Of a stretch of DNA of 64,000 nt, positions 1 to 8,314 are shown one piece after another. The notes under the pieces are model-generated. The model was not told the origin of the DNA and ran no database searches. It saw only the letters and a list, made by a program, of their open reading frames with translations. The stretch lies in NCBI GenBank assembly GCA_016788565.1, contig JAEUSP010000063.1:71919-135918 (forward strand), given 5' to 3'. The translations under genes were made by a program, and so were the position numbers. How positions within the stretch are numbered: position 1 is the stretch's first letter; the number at the start of each line of letters is the position of its first letter. Source of the stretch: Chlorobiota bacterium. Lineage in GTDB: Bacteria > Bacteroidota > Ignavibacteria > OLB7.

Positions 1-1
1 A

Positions 2-184
2 GGGCGGTACTACGTGCAAGCGTGGCGTGGCTACTGCAGTGCGGTGGTGAACACCGGCGGCGATATTGCATCGTTGCAGCCATATCTATCCCAACTAAAA
101 ACCATCAACCACCCCGAACTTCGCGACGACGTGCGGATTGCGCTGGAGTCCATCAACAACCAAATGGTGGAGGGGGTGGAGTAG
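2..184 (+). CDS. 3' end of an unidentified protein-coding gene, truncated by the window start
   Basis: Frame 2 is open from nt 2 to TAG at 182-184 (..RYYVQAWRGYCSAVVNTGGDIASLQPYLSQLKTINHPELRDDVRIALESINNQMVEGVE*). Third positions are G/C-rich, as in real genes here. No domain recognised. The listed ORF 22..270 (frame 1) is Arg-rich and runs through the downstream repeat, so it is not preferred. Confidence 0.3.
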   Translation, partial: GRYYVQAWRGYCSAVVNTGGDIASLQPYLSQLKTINHPELRDDVRIALESINNQMVEGVE

Positions 185-201
185 ATATACTTCGAGCAAA
201 T

Positions 202-317
202 TATACTCCAAACAGAGTGGTTTGCGAAAAACTCAATCACTGTCATTCCCGCGAAAGCGGGAATCCATAGCGAACCTAGCCGAGTAGAGTTTCGCAAACC
301 AATTTGCGCCGAGTATA
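202..317. mobile_element. MITE-like miniature repeat, copy 1 (116 bp). It has terminal inverted repeats tatactccaaacagagtggtttgcgaaa / tttcgcaaaccaatttgcgccgagtata and a central hairpin tcccgcGAAAgcggga.
   Basis: About 95% identical to 44619..44734. Related diverged copies lie at 27049..27200 and 27843..27898. The TIRs and the GNRA-loop hairpin are visible directly. The overlapping six-frame ORFs (..WIPAFAGMTVIEFFANHSVWSI..) recur in both copies and are repeat artefacts. Confidence 0.7.
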
Positions 318-462
318 GTTTGCGAGAATCAGTCGGTGAGGACAAATGGAAGTTTCTGCCAAACTCATCGCCCCGTCATTGCGAGGAGTCTTCGACGAAG
401 CACCGCGAAGCAGCGGCGCAAGCCCATCCCGCGTATTTCTGGGAAGTCATCGGATACCTTCC

Positions 463-1602
463 TCACCCCTCCATCAACTTCCTCACAATCGCTTGCGCGG
501 CGTTTGGCTGCGCAAGCCGTTTGGCGTGTTGGCGCATTGCTGCAAGCCGTGTGGGGTCGTCCAGCAGGCGGTCAATTTTCCAGCCAAGCACCGGAAGGTT
601 GTTGCAGCGGATTGCCACCCCTTGCTCCAGCAAGTGATCGGAGTTCCGTTCCTCCTGCCCGGGGATTGGGTTCACAATCACAAAGCCAAGCCCACGGGCT
701 AACGCCTCGCTGGTGGTTAGCCCCCCCGGCTTCCCCAGCAGAAGGTCGCTGGCGGCCATCAGCTCATCCACCTGTGTGGTGAACCCCAGCGCGTGCACCG
801 CAACGTTCCCGTTTGCTGATCGCGCGGCTTGCTGCTCCACGCGCTCTTTCAGTTCGGGGTTGCGCCCACACAGCACCACAACTTGCGCCCGGTGCCGCAT
901 CGTCCCGATGGACTCAATCATGTGTTCCAGCGGCCCCACGCCAAACCCTCCGGCAGAAACCAGAATGGTGGTGCAATCTGGGGCAAGTCCATGTTTCTGG
1001 CGCATCTGGAGCGGGTCCTTTGGCGTGGCAAACACGGGGTCAATGGGGATTCCCGAAACGGTGATCTTCCCCTGCGGTATCCCAAGCAACCGAAGATGTT
1101 CGGCGGTTTCCTCCAGCGCAACAAAGTACCGCTCGTAATGGTGGCACAGCCACAGCGCGTGGATGTCGAAATCGGTGACAACAATCGCTTGGCGGCTGCT
1201 GATTTTTTCCTTTGCTTTCAGCCAGGAGATAATTTCGGCGGGAAGGAAGTGGGTGCAGACCACAATCTGCGGCTGGTACTGCTTCATCATCCGGATGAAA
1301 CGGCCAGCGTTCAGCTTATCGAACGCCAGCCGTATCCGTTCGTTCTGCCAGGGGCGGTCGGTTTGGTCGTACAGCCAACCAAGCACTTCCGGCGCGTTGT
1401 TGGCCGCCTCCAGATACCCCTGCGAGTAGAGCTTTCGGAAGAGCTTGTTGGTATATTGCAGCGTATCAATGTGGCGCACGTTCTGGGCCGCGCCAAGCTG
1501 GTGAAAGGCCTGCTCAATCGCCTGCGCAGCGCGGATATGCCCGGCCCCAGCCGAGGCCGAAAGGATCAAAACGTTATTGAACTTCATAGTGTTGAACATC
1601 AT
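463..1602 (-). CDS. GT28-family glycosyltransferase: monoglycosyldiacylglycerol (MGDG/UgtP-type) synthase
   Basis: N-terminal NVLILSASAGAGHIRAAQAI is the hallmark of the MGDG synthase / MurG-like GT28 N-domain. Length is 379 aa. A C-terminal GT-B domain (GKPGGLTTSEALARGLGFVIVNPIPGQEE) is present. Confidence 0.75.
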   Translation of the reverse strand: MMFNTMKFNNVLILSASAGAGHIRAAQAIEQAFHQLGAAQNVRHIDTLQYTNKLFRKLYSQGYLEAANNAPEVLGWLYDQTDRPWQNERIRLAFDKLNAGRFIRMMKQYQPQIVVCTHFLPAEIISWLKAKEKISSRQAIVVTDFDIHALWLCHHYERYFVALEETAEHLRLLGIPQGKITVSGIPIDPVFATPKDPLQMRQKHGLAPDCTTILVSAGGFGVGPLEHMIESIGTMRHRAQVVVLCGRNPELKERVEQQAARSANGNVAVHALGFTTQVDELMAASDLLLGKPGGLTTSEALARGLGFVIVNPIPGQEERNSDHLLEQGVAIRCNNLPVLGWKIDRLLDDPTRLAAMRQHAKRLAQPNAAQAIVRKLMEG

Positions 1603-1615
1603 GGGAGCAAGATAG

Positions 1616-2149
1616 ATGAAAAGTGACGCACTCCGGATTGGAATGAGCGTGAAGCATCCGATCTACGGAACCGGAACAGTCCGCGGACTAACAGAACAAA
1701 CCGTTGAAATTCGTTTCCAAGACGGCAACACCCGAACAGTGTCGCCCGAAGCCAGCGCGCTGCAACCCGCCGAACCGGTTGCAAGCGTGGAGGGGCTAGA
1801 GGTTCCGCTGGGGCAGTTTATCCGCCAGACAGCCGAAGCCGTTGTGGGCAGTTTAGGACTGCAGAAACCAGACTCCACGGTCCACAAATTGGGGAGCCGC
1901 TGGAACGGTGGGAAGATGCTGCTGCACCCGGCAGACACCACCTTGCAGCCGAAGGAAATTCCCATCGAGGTCTTCTTCCACAAAATTGTGATGATGCGGA
2001 ACCAGCTGCGGGTGCTGGAGCAAAAAATCAACGCCCACGAAGGGTTGAGCGATGGGGAGAAAGTGGAGTTCCAGCAATACGTCACCCGATGCTACGGCTC
2101 GATGACCACCTTCAACTTGCTGTTCAAGGAGAAAGAGGATTACTTTTAG
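1616..2149 (+). CDS. Hypothetical cytoplasmic protein with an N-terminal UvrD/PcrA C-terminal (Tudor-like) domain motif
   Basis: RIGMSVKHPIYGTGTV resembles the GxRVxHxxFGxGxV motif of the UvrD/Rep C-terminal domain. The remainder is unrecognised. Confidence 0.45.
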   Translation: MKSDALRIGMSVKHPIYGTGTVRGLTEQTVEIRFQDGNTRTVSPEASALQPAEPVASVEGLEVPLGQFIRQTAEAVVGSLGLQKPDSTVHKLGSRWNGGKMLLHPADTTLQPKEIPIEVFFHKIVMMRNQLRVLEQKINAHEGLSDGEKVEFQQYVTRCYGSMTTFNLLFKEKEDYF

Positions 2150-2329
2150 AGTTGGTGGGAAATGGAGTAGCAGAAAATTGCTTGCCGGCAATTCTCCGTT
2201 GCTGACTATCCATTATGTTTGCGCCCGCCTTTGCCGAAGCTATCGCGGTGGCGGTGAAGAAAGCGTGAGCGCAGAGTGCGGGCGATCCTGCAAAGGTTTT
2301 GCAGACGGAGTTCACAACAACACAGAGCA

Positions 2330-4267
2330 ATGAATCATCAATCGGCGCGGCGGCGGTTGTTCAACCGCAAGTTCAAGCTGTGGTTTTACGAGCGGCAGAT
2401 AAAAGAGGTTGAAGGACCTCACGGACAAGAAGGGCAACATCACCAACACCCCTGGTACAAAGTGATGTGCCTGACCGGTGTGGATTACTTCTCAACGCTT
2501 GGCTATCAACCTGGCATTGCGTTCCTTGCTGCTGGGTTCCTTTCGCCAATTGCAACCCTGATCCTAATCCTGCTGACGCTGTTCGGCGCGCTTCCGATTT
2601 ACAAGCGGGTTGCCGCGGCAAGCCCCCATGGCGAAGGCTCCATTTCGATGTTGGAAAACCTGCTTTCCCGCTGGAAGGGGAAGCTGTTTGTGTTGGTGCT
2701 GCTGGGGTTTGTGGCAACGGATTTCATCATCACCATCACCCTTTCGGCAGCCGATGCCACTGCGCACATTATCGAAAACCCGTTTGCCCCGCATTGGCTT
2801 GAGCATCCGGTGATTGTCACGCTGGTGCTGGTAACACTGCTTGGCGCGGTGTTCCTGAAAGGCTTCAAGGAAGCCATTGGAATGGCGGTGTTTCTGGTGG
2901 TGGCGTACCTGTTCCTGAACCTGATTGTGGTCAGCTACGGCATCTACGAAGTTGCCACCCATGCCACCGTGCTAAGCGATTGGACCAGCCACCTGTTTGA
3001 AACTCACGGCAATCCCTGGATGATGATCGGCCTTTCGCTGATCCTGTTCCCAAAACTTGCGCTTGGATTGTCCGGGTTCGAGACCGGCGTGGCGGTGATG
3101 CCACTGGTGAAAGGGGAAGATGGCGACACCTACAAAAAACCAACAGGGCGAATCCACAACACCCACAAACTGCTGATGTACGCAGCGTTGATTATGAGTG
3201 TGATGTTGCTGACCAGCAGCATCGTCACCACAACGCTGATCCCCCCCCAGGAATTCCAAGCTGGCGGCCAAGCCAACGGGCGCGCGCTGGCGTACTTGGC
3301 CCATAAATTTTTTGGCGATGGCTTCGGGACGCTCTACGACGTCAGCACCATTGCCATTCTCTGGTTCGCGGGCGCGTCGGCAATGGCGGGGCTGCTGAAC
3401 ATTGTTCCGCGCTACCTTCCGCGCTACGGCATGGCCCCGGAATGGGCGCGCGCCACCCGCCCGCTGGTGCTGGTTTATACCCTGATCGCTTTTGCCGTTA
3501 CCATCATTTTTAATGCCGACGTGAACGCGCAAGGGGGCGCGTATGCCACCGGCGTGTTGGTGCTGATGAGTTCCGCCGCGATTGCCGTCACGCTCTCCGT
3601 CTGGAAAAAAGGGAAAATCCGTTGGGCGTTTTTTCTGATCTCGCTGGTGTTTGGCTACACCACCATCGTCAATATCATCGAACGCCCCGAAGGCTTGAAA
3701 ATCGCTTCGTTCTTCATTCTTGCAATCGTCCTAAGCTCCCTCGTCTCCCGCGTGTTGCGCTCCACCGAACTTCGTGTTGAAGGGATTGAGCTGGACGATG
3801 CCGCAAGAAAGATCATCGAGGAGCTACGCGATGGTGATATCCGAGTTATCGCCAACCGCCGCGACCGTGGTGACGTTGAGGAATACCGATTTAAGGAGCA
3901 GGAAAAACGCGCCAACAATCATATTCCCGAAGATGACCCCGTGCTGTTTTTCGAGGTGATGCCCGGGGACGCTTCGGAGTTCACCGGAAAAATTAAAGTG
4001 AAAGGGAAGAAGATCGGGGAGTTCTCTGTGCTTCGCTGCCAAGCCCCTGCGGTGCCAAACGCCATTGCTGCGTTCCTGCTGCACGTTCGGAACAAAACCG
4101 GCAAAATCCCTCACGTCTATTTTGGCTGGACCGAAGGGAACCCTTTCAGCTACGTGCTTCGCTACATTGCCTTCGGCGAAGGGGACACCGCGCCAGTAAC
4201 CCACGAAGTGCTGCGCCAAGCCGAACACAACCCAAAACGCCGGCCCGCAGTGCATGTGGGAGGGTGA
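2330..4267 (+). CDS. Polytopic membrane permease (APC-superfamily-like, about 11-12 TM helices) with a C-terminal soluble domain of about 190 aa
   Basis: Long hydrophobic helices, a GFETG motif and an [17 protein letters not shown] segment. The start is uncertain: 2276 and 2330 (MNHQ) both precede the first TM helix, and an ATG at 2465 lies at the first helix. Confidence 0.5.
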   Translation: MNHQSARRRLFNRKFKLWFYERQIKEVEGPHGQEGQHHQHPWYKVMCLTGVDYFSTLGYQPGIAFLAAGFLSPIATLILILLTLFGALPIYKRVAAASPHGEGSISMLENLLSRWKGKLFVLVLLGFVATDFIITITLSAADATAHIIENPFAPHWLEHPVIVTLVLVTLLGAVFLKGFKEAIGMAVFLVVAYLFLNLIVVSYGIYEVATHATVLSDWTSHLFETHGNPWMMIGLSLILFPKLALGLSGFETGVAVMPLVKGEDGDTYKKPTGRIHNTHKLLMYAALIMSVMLLTSSIVTTTLIPPQEFQAGGQANGRALAYLAHKFFGDGFGTLYDVSTIAILWFAGASAMAGLLNIVPRYLPRYGMAPEWARATRPLVLVYTLIAFAVTIIFNADVNAQGGAYATGVLVLMSSAAIAVTLSVWKKGKIRWAFFLISLVFGYTTIVNIIERPEGLKIASFFILAIVLSSLVSRVLRSTELRVEGIELDDAARKIIEELRDGDIRVIANRRDRGDVEEYRFKEQEKRANNHIPEDDPVLFFEVMPGDASEFTGKIKVKGKKIGEFSVLRCQAPAVPNAIAAFLLHVRNKTGKIPHVYFGWTEGNPFSYVLRYIAFGEGDTAPVTHEVLRQAEHNPKRRPAVHVGG

Positions 4268-4269
4268 TG

Positions 4270-4632
4270 GGAATGCCGAATGTCGAATGCCGAATGTCAA
4301 ATGTCAAATGTCAAATGTCAAATGTCAAATGTCAAATGTCAAATTGGTTCTTGCCACTGACCACTGACCATCAGTGAAGGAAATGCCAAATGTCAAATTG
4401 GTTCTTGCCACTGACCACTGACCACTGACCACTGACCATCAGTGAAGGAAATGCCAAATGTCAAATGTCAAATTGGTTCTTGCCACTGGCCACTGACCAC
4501 TGACCACTGACCATCAGTGAAGGAAATGCCAAATGTCAAATTGGTTCTTGCCACTGGCCACTGGCCACTGACCACTGACCACTGGCCACTGGCCACTGAC
4601 CATCAGTGAAGGAAATGCCAAATGCCGAATGA
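4270..4632. repeat. Composite tandem repeat array: a 65-80 bp unit repeated 4x. Each unit is built from heptamer sub-arrays (aatgtca)n and (ccactga/ccactgg)n separated by conserved cores attggttcttgcc and atcagtgaaggaaatgcc.
   Basis: Direct reading of 4261-4640. The heptamer copy number differs between units. The same unit occurs once, inverted, at 11493..11580. Confidence 0.9.
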
Positions 4633-4682
4633 GGAGAGAGGTGGGGAAATCAATAATCAATCATCAGAAGGAGTTCAGACCA

Positions 4683-5117
4683 ATGAAGCGTTTTCTCACG
4701 TTGCTTCCTGCCGTTTTGGCGCTTGCGCTGTTGTTTGGCGCGTGCGAAGAAAGCCCCACCGACAGCCCCGTTGATGGCAGCTTAACCGCAACCGTCGGCG
4801 GCACATCGTTCAGCGCAACCAGCAGCACGGTGACAGCACGGAAGGCTGGCGGATCCATCATCGTCACCGGCGACAGCGGCAATGGTGTCAGCATCAGCTT
4901 GACCTTTGCGGCCACAACCACCGGGTCGGTTACGGGAACAGCAATCTACACCGCTGGCCCCGGTGCCGACTTCACCTACGCCGCACCACTTGCCCAAGTG
5001 AACGTCACCAAATTGGATAACGCTACGGTGGAAGGAACGTTCTCCTTCACCGGGGTGAACTCCGCCGGAGCCAGCAAATCCGTCACCAACGGCAGCTTCT
5101 CAGCGGACTTCCAGTAA
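4683..5117 (+). CDS. Hypothetical lipoprotein (signal peptide plus lipobox ALLFGAC)
   Basis: MKRFLTLLPAVLALALLFGACEE is followed by a Thr/Ser/Gly-rich beta-type domain. The ORF-track start at 4629 is upstream of the signal peptide. Confidence 0.55.
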   Translation: MKRFLTLLPAVLALALLFGACEESPTDSPVDGSLTATVGGTSFSATSSTVTARKAGGSIIVTGDSGNGVSISLTFAATTTGSVTGTAIYTAGPGADFTYAAPLAQVNVTKLDNATVEGTFSFTGVNSAGASKSVTNGSFSADFQ

Positions 5118-5239
5118 GCAGGCATCGCTGACGCTGCGCGAACAAATTGGGGAGCCAGCAGCAGTGCTGGCTTCCTTTTCTTCCTTCTGCGCTTGCTCAC
5201 TCAAAAAAAACTTCACAACGCTATATCCATCCTCTGCAA

Positions 5240-6031
5240 ATGAATCTTGAGTTAAACAATAAAACTGCGGTGATTGCCGCAAGCAGCCACGGGCTGGGCA
5301 AAGCAACCGCAGCGCGGCTTGCCCGCGAAGGTGCCAACGTTGTGATTTGCGCACGCGGCAAGGAAGCGTTAATGAAGACCGCCGAAGAGATCAGCGCGGC
5401 CACGGGCCGGCGTGTGGAGTGGGTCCAGGCGGACCTTACCAAAGCCGATGACATCGAGATGTTGATGGATGCCACACGCATCGCTTTTGGCGGCGTGGAT
5501 ATTCTGGTCACCAACTGTGGCGGGCCACGGCGTGGCAGCTTCATCACCCTTGAAGACAAAGACTGGCGTGAAGCCACCGACCTTGTGTTGATGAGCGCGG
5601 TTCGGCTAATCCGCGCTGCAATCCCACACATGCGGACATCGGGAGGGGGAAGAATTGTGAACTTGATTTCCATTTCCGTGAAGCAACCGATTGAGCATCT
5701 GATGCTCTCCAACTCCTTGCGAAGCGCGGTGGTTGGCTTGGCAAAAACGTTATCTACCGAGCTTGCCCCGTTCGGCATTTTGGTGAACAACGTTGCCGCT
5801 GGCTACGCCCTCACCAACCGTGTGTACGATCTGGCAATCGAGGAAGCGCGCGAGCTTGGAATTTCGCATGAGGAAATTTTGGCCCGCTACCACGAGGACA
5901 TCCCCCTGAACCGAATGGCCCGCCCAGAAGAAATCGCCGACCTGATCGCTTTCCTTGCTTCGGCCCGTGCCAGCTACATCACCGGGGCAACAATCCCCGT
6001 TGATGGTGGCTACCACATGGGGATGATGTAA
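5240..6031 (+). CDS. Short-chain dehydrogenase/reductase (SDR) family oxidoreductase
   Basis: An N-terminal AVIAASSHGLGKATAARLAREGANVVI glycine-rich NAD(P)-binding motif and an NNVAAGY region. Length is about 263 aa from the ATG at 5240. Confidence 0.8.
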   Translation: MNLELNNKTAVIAASSHGLGKATAARLAREGANVVICARGKEALMKTAEEISAATGRRVEWVQADLTKADDIEMLMDATRIAFGGVDILVTNCGGPRRGSFITLEDKDWREATDLVLMSAVRLIRAAIPHMRTSGGGRIVNLISISVKQPIEHLMLSNSLRSAVVGLAKTLSTELAPFGILVNNVAAGYALTNRVYDLAIEEARELGISHEEILARYHEDIPLNRMARPEEIADLIAFLASARASYITGATIPVDGGYHMGMM

Positions 6032-6093
6032 AGAGCCTAGCCTACAACAACACACTGCGTTCTTCTTCGCGCAGTAATCATCATTTCCATCCA

Positions 6094-6136
6094 CCGGTAA
6101 CCGATCACTGGCAACCAATCACCGGCAACCGATTCC
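6094..6136. repeat. 14-nt tandem repeat (ggcaaccgatcacc-like) x3, immediately upstream of the AAC(3) gene
   Basis: ggtaaccgatcact ggcaaccaatcacc ggcaaccgattcc read directly from the sequence. Confidence 0.7.
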
Positions 6137-6141
6137 TTTCC

Positions 6142-6960
6142 ATGTCTGAACTTCCGCTTGTCACCAAAAGCCAGCTTGTCCACGACCTGCGTGCAATGGG
6201 GATTCACCCGGGCGAGCTTCTGATGCTTCATGTTTCGGTGAAGTCGCTTGGGTGGGTGATTGGGGGGCCGGAAGTGGTGCTGCAAGCCTTGTTCGATGTG
6301 CTGATGCCGGGGGGAACGTTGATGATGATCGCCAGCTGGGACAGTGCCGAAACCGCCTACAGCCTTAGTGAACTTCCCCCCGAGCATCGGCAAGCCTACT
6401 ATCAAGAACTTCCCGCCTACGACCCCCTTACTTCCCATGCTGATTGGCGTGGGATGAGCATCCTTGCCGAATACCTGCGGCTGTGGCCCGGAGCGCATCG
6501 CAGCGGCCACCCGTTCTCCTACGTTGCGGTTGGGTCGCTTGCCAAAACCATCACCGAAAAACAGCCGCTGAACTACCGCGACGGCGTTGGTTCGCCGCTG
6601 GCGAAACTTTGCCAGCTTGGCGGGCGCGTCCTTCAGCTTGGCTCTCCGTTGGGGGATATCACCCTGCTGCACCATGCCGAAACAATGGCAAACGTGCCGA
6701 ACAAACGGGTAGTCCGTTACTCCATGCCGCTGCTGCAAGCTGGCAAACGTGTGTGGGTCCAGATCGAAGAGTTCGACACCTTGCGCGGGATTGTTGATTG
6801 GCCAGAAAATTACTTCGAAGCGATTGCCCGCCAGTATCTGACTTCCGGCAGAGGGACGATGGGGAAAGTCGGTTCGGCAACCGCACGGCTGTACAACGCC
6901 GCCGACCTTGCTGCCTTCGGGATTGAATGGATGGAACGCAATTTTGCGAAGGGGGAATGA
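6142..6960 (+). CDS. Aminoglycoside 3-N-acetyltransferase, AAC(3) family
   Basis: LVHDLRAMGIHPGELLMLHVSVKSLGWVIGGPEVVLQALFDVLMPGGTLMM matches the AAC(3) N-terminal pattern (VHSSLxxLG ... GGxxxVxxALxxxLGxxGTLxMP). Length is 272 aa. Confidence 0.7.
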   Translation: MSELPLVTKSQLVHDLRAMGIHPGELLMLHVSVKSLGWVIGGPEVVLQALFDVLMPGGTLMMIASWDSAETAYSLSELPPEHRQAYYQELPAYDPLTSHADWRGMSILAEYLRLWPGAHRSGHPFSYVAVGSLAKTITEKQPLNYRDGVGSPLAKLCQLGGRVLQLGSPLGDITLLHHAETMANVPNKRVVRYSMPLLQAGKRVWVQIEEFDTLRGIVDWPENYFEAIARQYLTSGRGTMGKVGSATARLYNAADLAAFGIEWMERNFAKGE

Positions 6961-7020
6961 GGGGGGCAGGGCAGGGCTGTTACGTGCTCAAAGAAGGAGT
7001 AGCTTGAGGGCAAAAACTCA

Positions 7021-7130
7021 GGCGACGAATGTTAGGCGACGAATGTCAGGCGACGAATGTCAGGCGAAGCCTGACAGAGAAAGAAAAAATTCCCCTCCAG
7101 TGGAGGGGTGGCAGGCGAAGCCTGACGGGG
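7021..7130. repeat. 14-nt tandem repeat (ggcgacgaatgtca x3) followed by three GC-rich hairpins (gtcaggcGAAgcctgac, cccctccAGTggagggg, caggcGAAgcctg)
   Basis: Read directly. It lies between the AAC(3) stop (6960) and the next + gene (7311). The hairpins may act as a terminator or attenuator, but no clear T-tract follows them. Confidence 0.6.
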
Positions 7131-7310
7131 TGGTGGGCCTACGCATGAGGACAACTATGGCCGGAGCACTCTCACCGCCAAAAAAATACCCCGCCCTGGC
7201 GGGCACCCCTCCAAAGGAGGGGAATGGATAGATACCAGGTTTGGAGCAGGGATGATAAGCCGAGTTTCCACCCTGAACCAAGCTCTCCGCTCAATAATTT
7301 TCGCTGAGCC

Positions 7311-8192
7311 ATGATTGCTTCACCATTCCAACAACCTCACATTCTGGAATCGCCAGAGCATTTTCTTGCAAGAATCGGCACCATCTTCGCTCGGTTCGAT
7401 TCCGCCACCCAGGATTCTGGGAACATCTCCTACGGTGTGCAAATCGGCGGCGAACGCTGGTTTGTGAAAACCGCAGGCTTGGCCGATGATCCCGCCCCGT
7501 TGCTTCCTCACAATCAACGTGTTGAGCTTCTTCGCAACGCCGTGCGGCTGCACCGCTCGGTTGGTGAACATCCCACGCTTCCCAAACTCCATCAGGTCAT
7601 TGAATTTCCCGACGGCCCGTTGCTGGTGTATGGGTGGTGCAATGGTGAGCTTCTTTGGGCACCGCGCCACCTTCGCGATGATCCTGCTTCGGCCTTCCAG
7701 CGGTTTCGCCGTTTGCCAGCCGCCGCAATTTTTTCAGCCCTCGACTCACTCTTCAACCTCCATTTGATTGCTTCGCAGCGTGGATGGATTGCGGTTGATC
7801 TGTACGATGGCTCGCTGTTGTACGACTTCGCAACCTCACAACTCCATGTTGTTGATCTGGATCACTATCATCACGAGCCGTTCCGAAACACGATGGGGCG
7901 GATGTTCGGCTCGGCGCGGTTCATGGCTCCGGAAGAATTGCAGCTGGGGGAGATGATTGACCAACGAACAACGCTTTTCACGCTTGGCCGCATCGCACTC
8001 TGGCTGCTTGGCGACGGAGCCATCAATCCCCAAACATTTCGGGGAACATCGGCCATGCTTCAAGTGTTCCGGCAAGCAACCGAGCCGGAACCTGAGTTGA
8101 GATTTCAGAGTGTGGAGAGTTTTTGGAAGGAATGGAGAAAGGCAATTGAGGGATGTCGGATGTTGAATGCCGAATGTCGAATAGAAGAGTGA
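7311..8192 (+). CDS. Protein-kinase-like (ePK/APH fold) protein with an atypical catalytic loop
   Basis: A Gly-rich loop (SYGVQIGGERW), a VAIK-like WFVKT, catalytic-loop-like IAVDLYDGSLLYD (compare HRDLKPxNLL / HGDLHPGNLL), a DFG-like VVDLDH and an APE motif (FMAPEE). Confidence 0.5.
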   Translation: MIASPFQQPHILESPEHFLARIGTIFARFDSATQDSGNISYGVQIGGERWFVKTAGLADDPAPLLPHNQRVELLRNAVRLHRSVGEHPTLPKLHQVIEFPDGPLLVYGWCNGELLWAPRHLRDDPASAFQRFRRLPAAAIFSALDSLFNLHLIASQRGWIAVDLYDGSLLYDFATSQLHVVDLDHYHHEPFRNTMGRMFGSARFMAPEELQLGEMIDQRTTLFTLGRIALWLLGDGAINPQTFRGTSAMLQVFRQATEPEPELRFQSVESFWKEWRKAIEGCRMLNAECRIEE

Positions 8193-8314
8193 AGAAAGTT
8201 GGAGCTTCCGCCGCACACGGCTCGCTGCTCAAGCTGAAGCCTGTCGAAGTGTGGGCGGAGTTACCGGAATGTCGAATGCAGAGTGTCGAGTTGCTTGGGA
8301 AACTTCAACACACC

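Noticed and set aside
22-270. Frame-1 ORF 22..270 as the first gene
   Set aside because: It is Arg/Gly-rich with poor codon usage and runs into the repeat. The frame-2 reading (2..184) looks more like a genuine C-terminus.
31-345. ORFs 31..345(-) and 44502..44714(-) encoding the conserved peptide ..WIPAFAGMTVIEFFANHSVWSI..
   Set aside because: Both lie entirely within copies of the MITE-like repeat. Their conservation comes from the DNA repeat, not a protein.
2181-2200. Palindrome ttgccggcaa upstream of the permease gene as an operator site
   Set aside because: It is only a 10-bp perfect palindrome in GC-rich DNA and could arise by chance. There is no supporting second half-site spacing or nearby regulator gene.
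2276-2329. Upstream start (2276) for the permease gene and the 24007 start for the choice-of-anchor-D protein
   Set aside because: The extra N-terminal residues are Arg-rich or unstructured and precede a clean first TM helix or signal peptide. Later starts were preferred but remain uncertain.
4270-4632. Possible CRISPR array (regularly spaced repeats)
   Set aside because: The whole 65-80 bp unit is repeated, including the inter-repeat sequence. There are no unique spacers, the units are built from heptamer microsatellites, and no cas genes are nearby.
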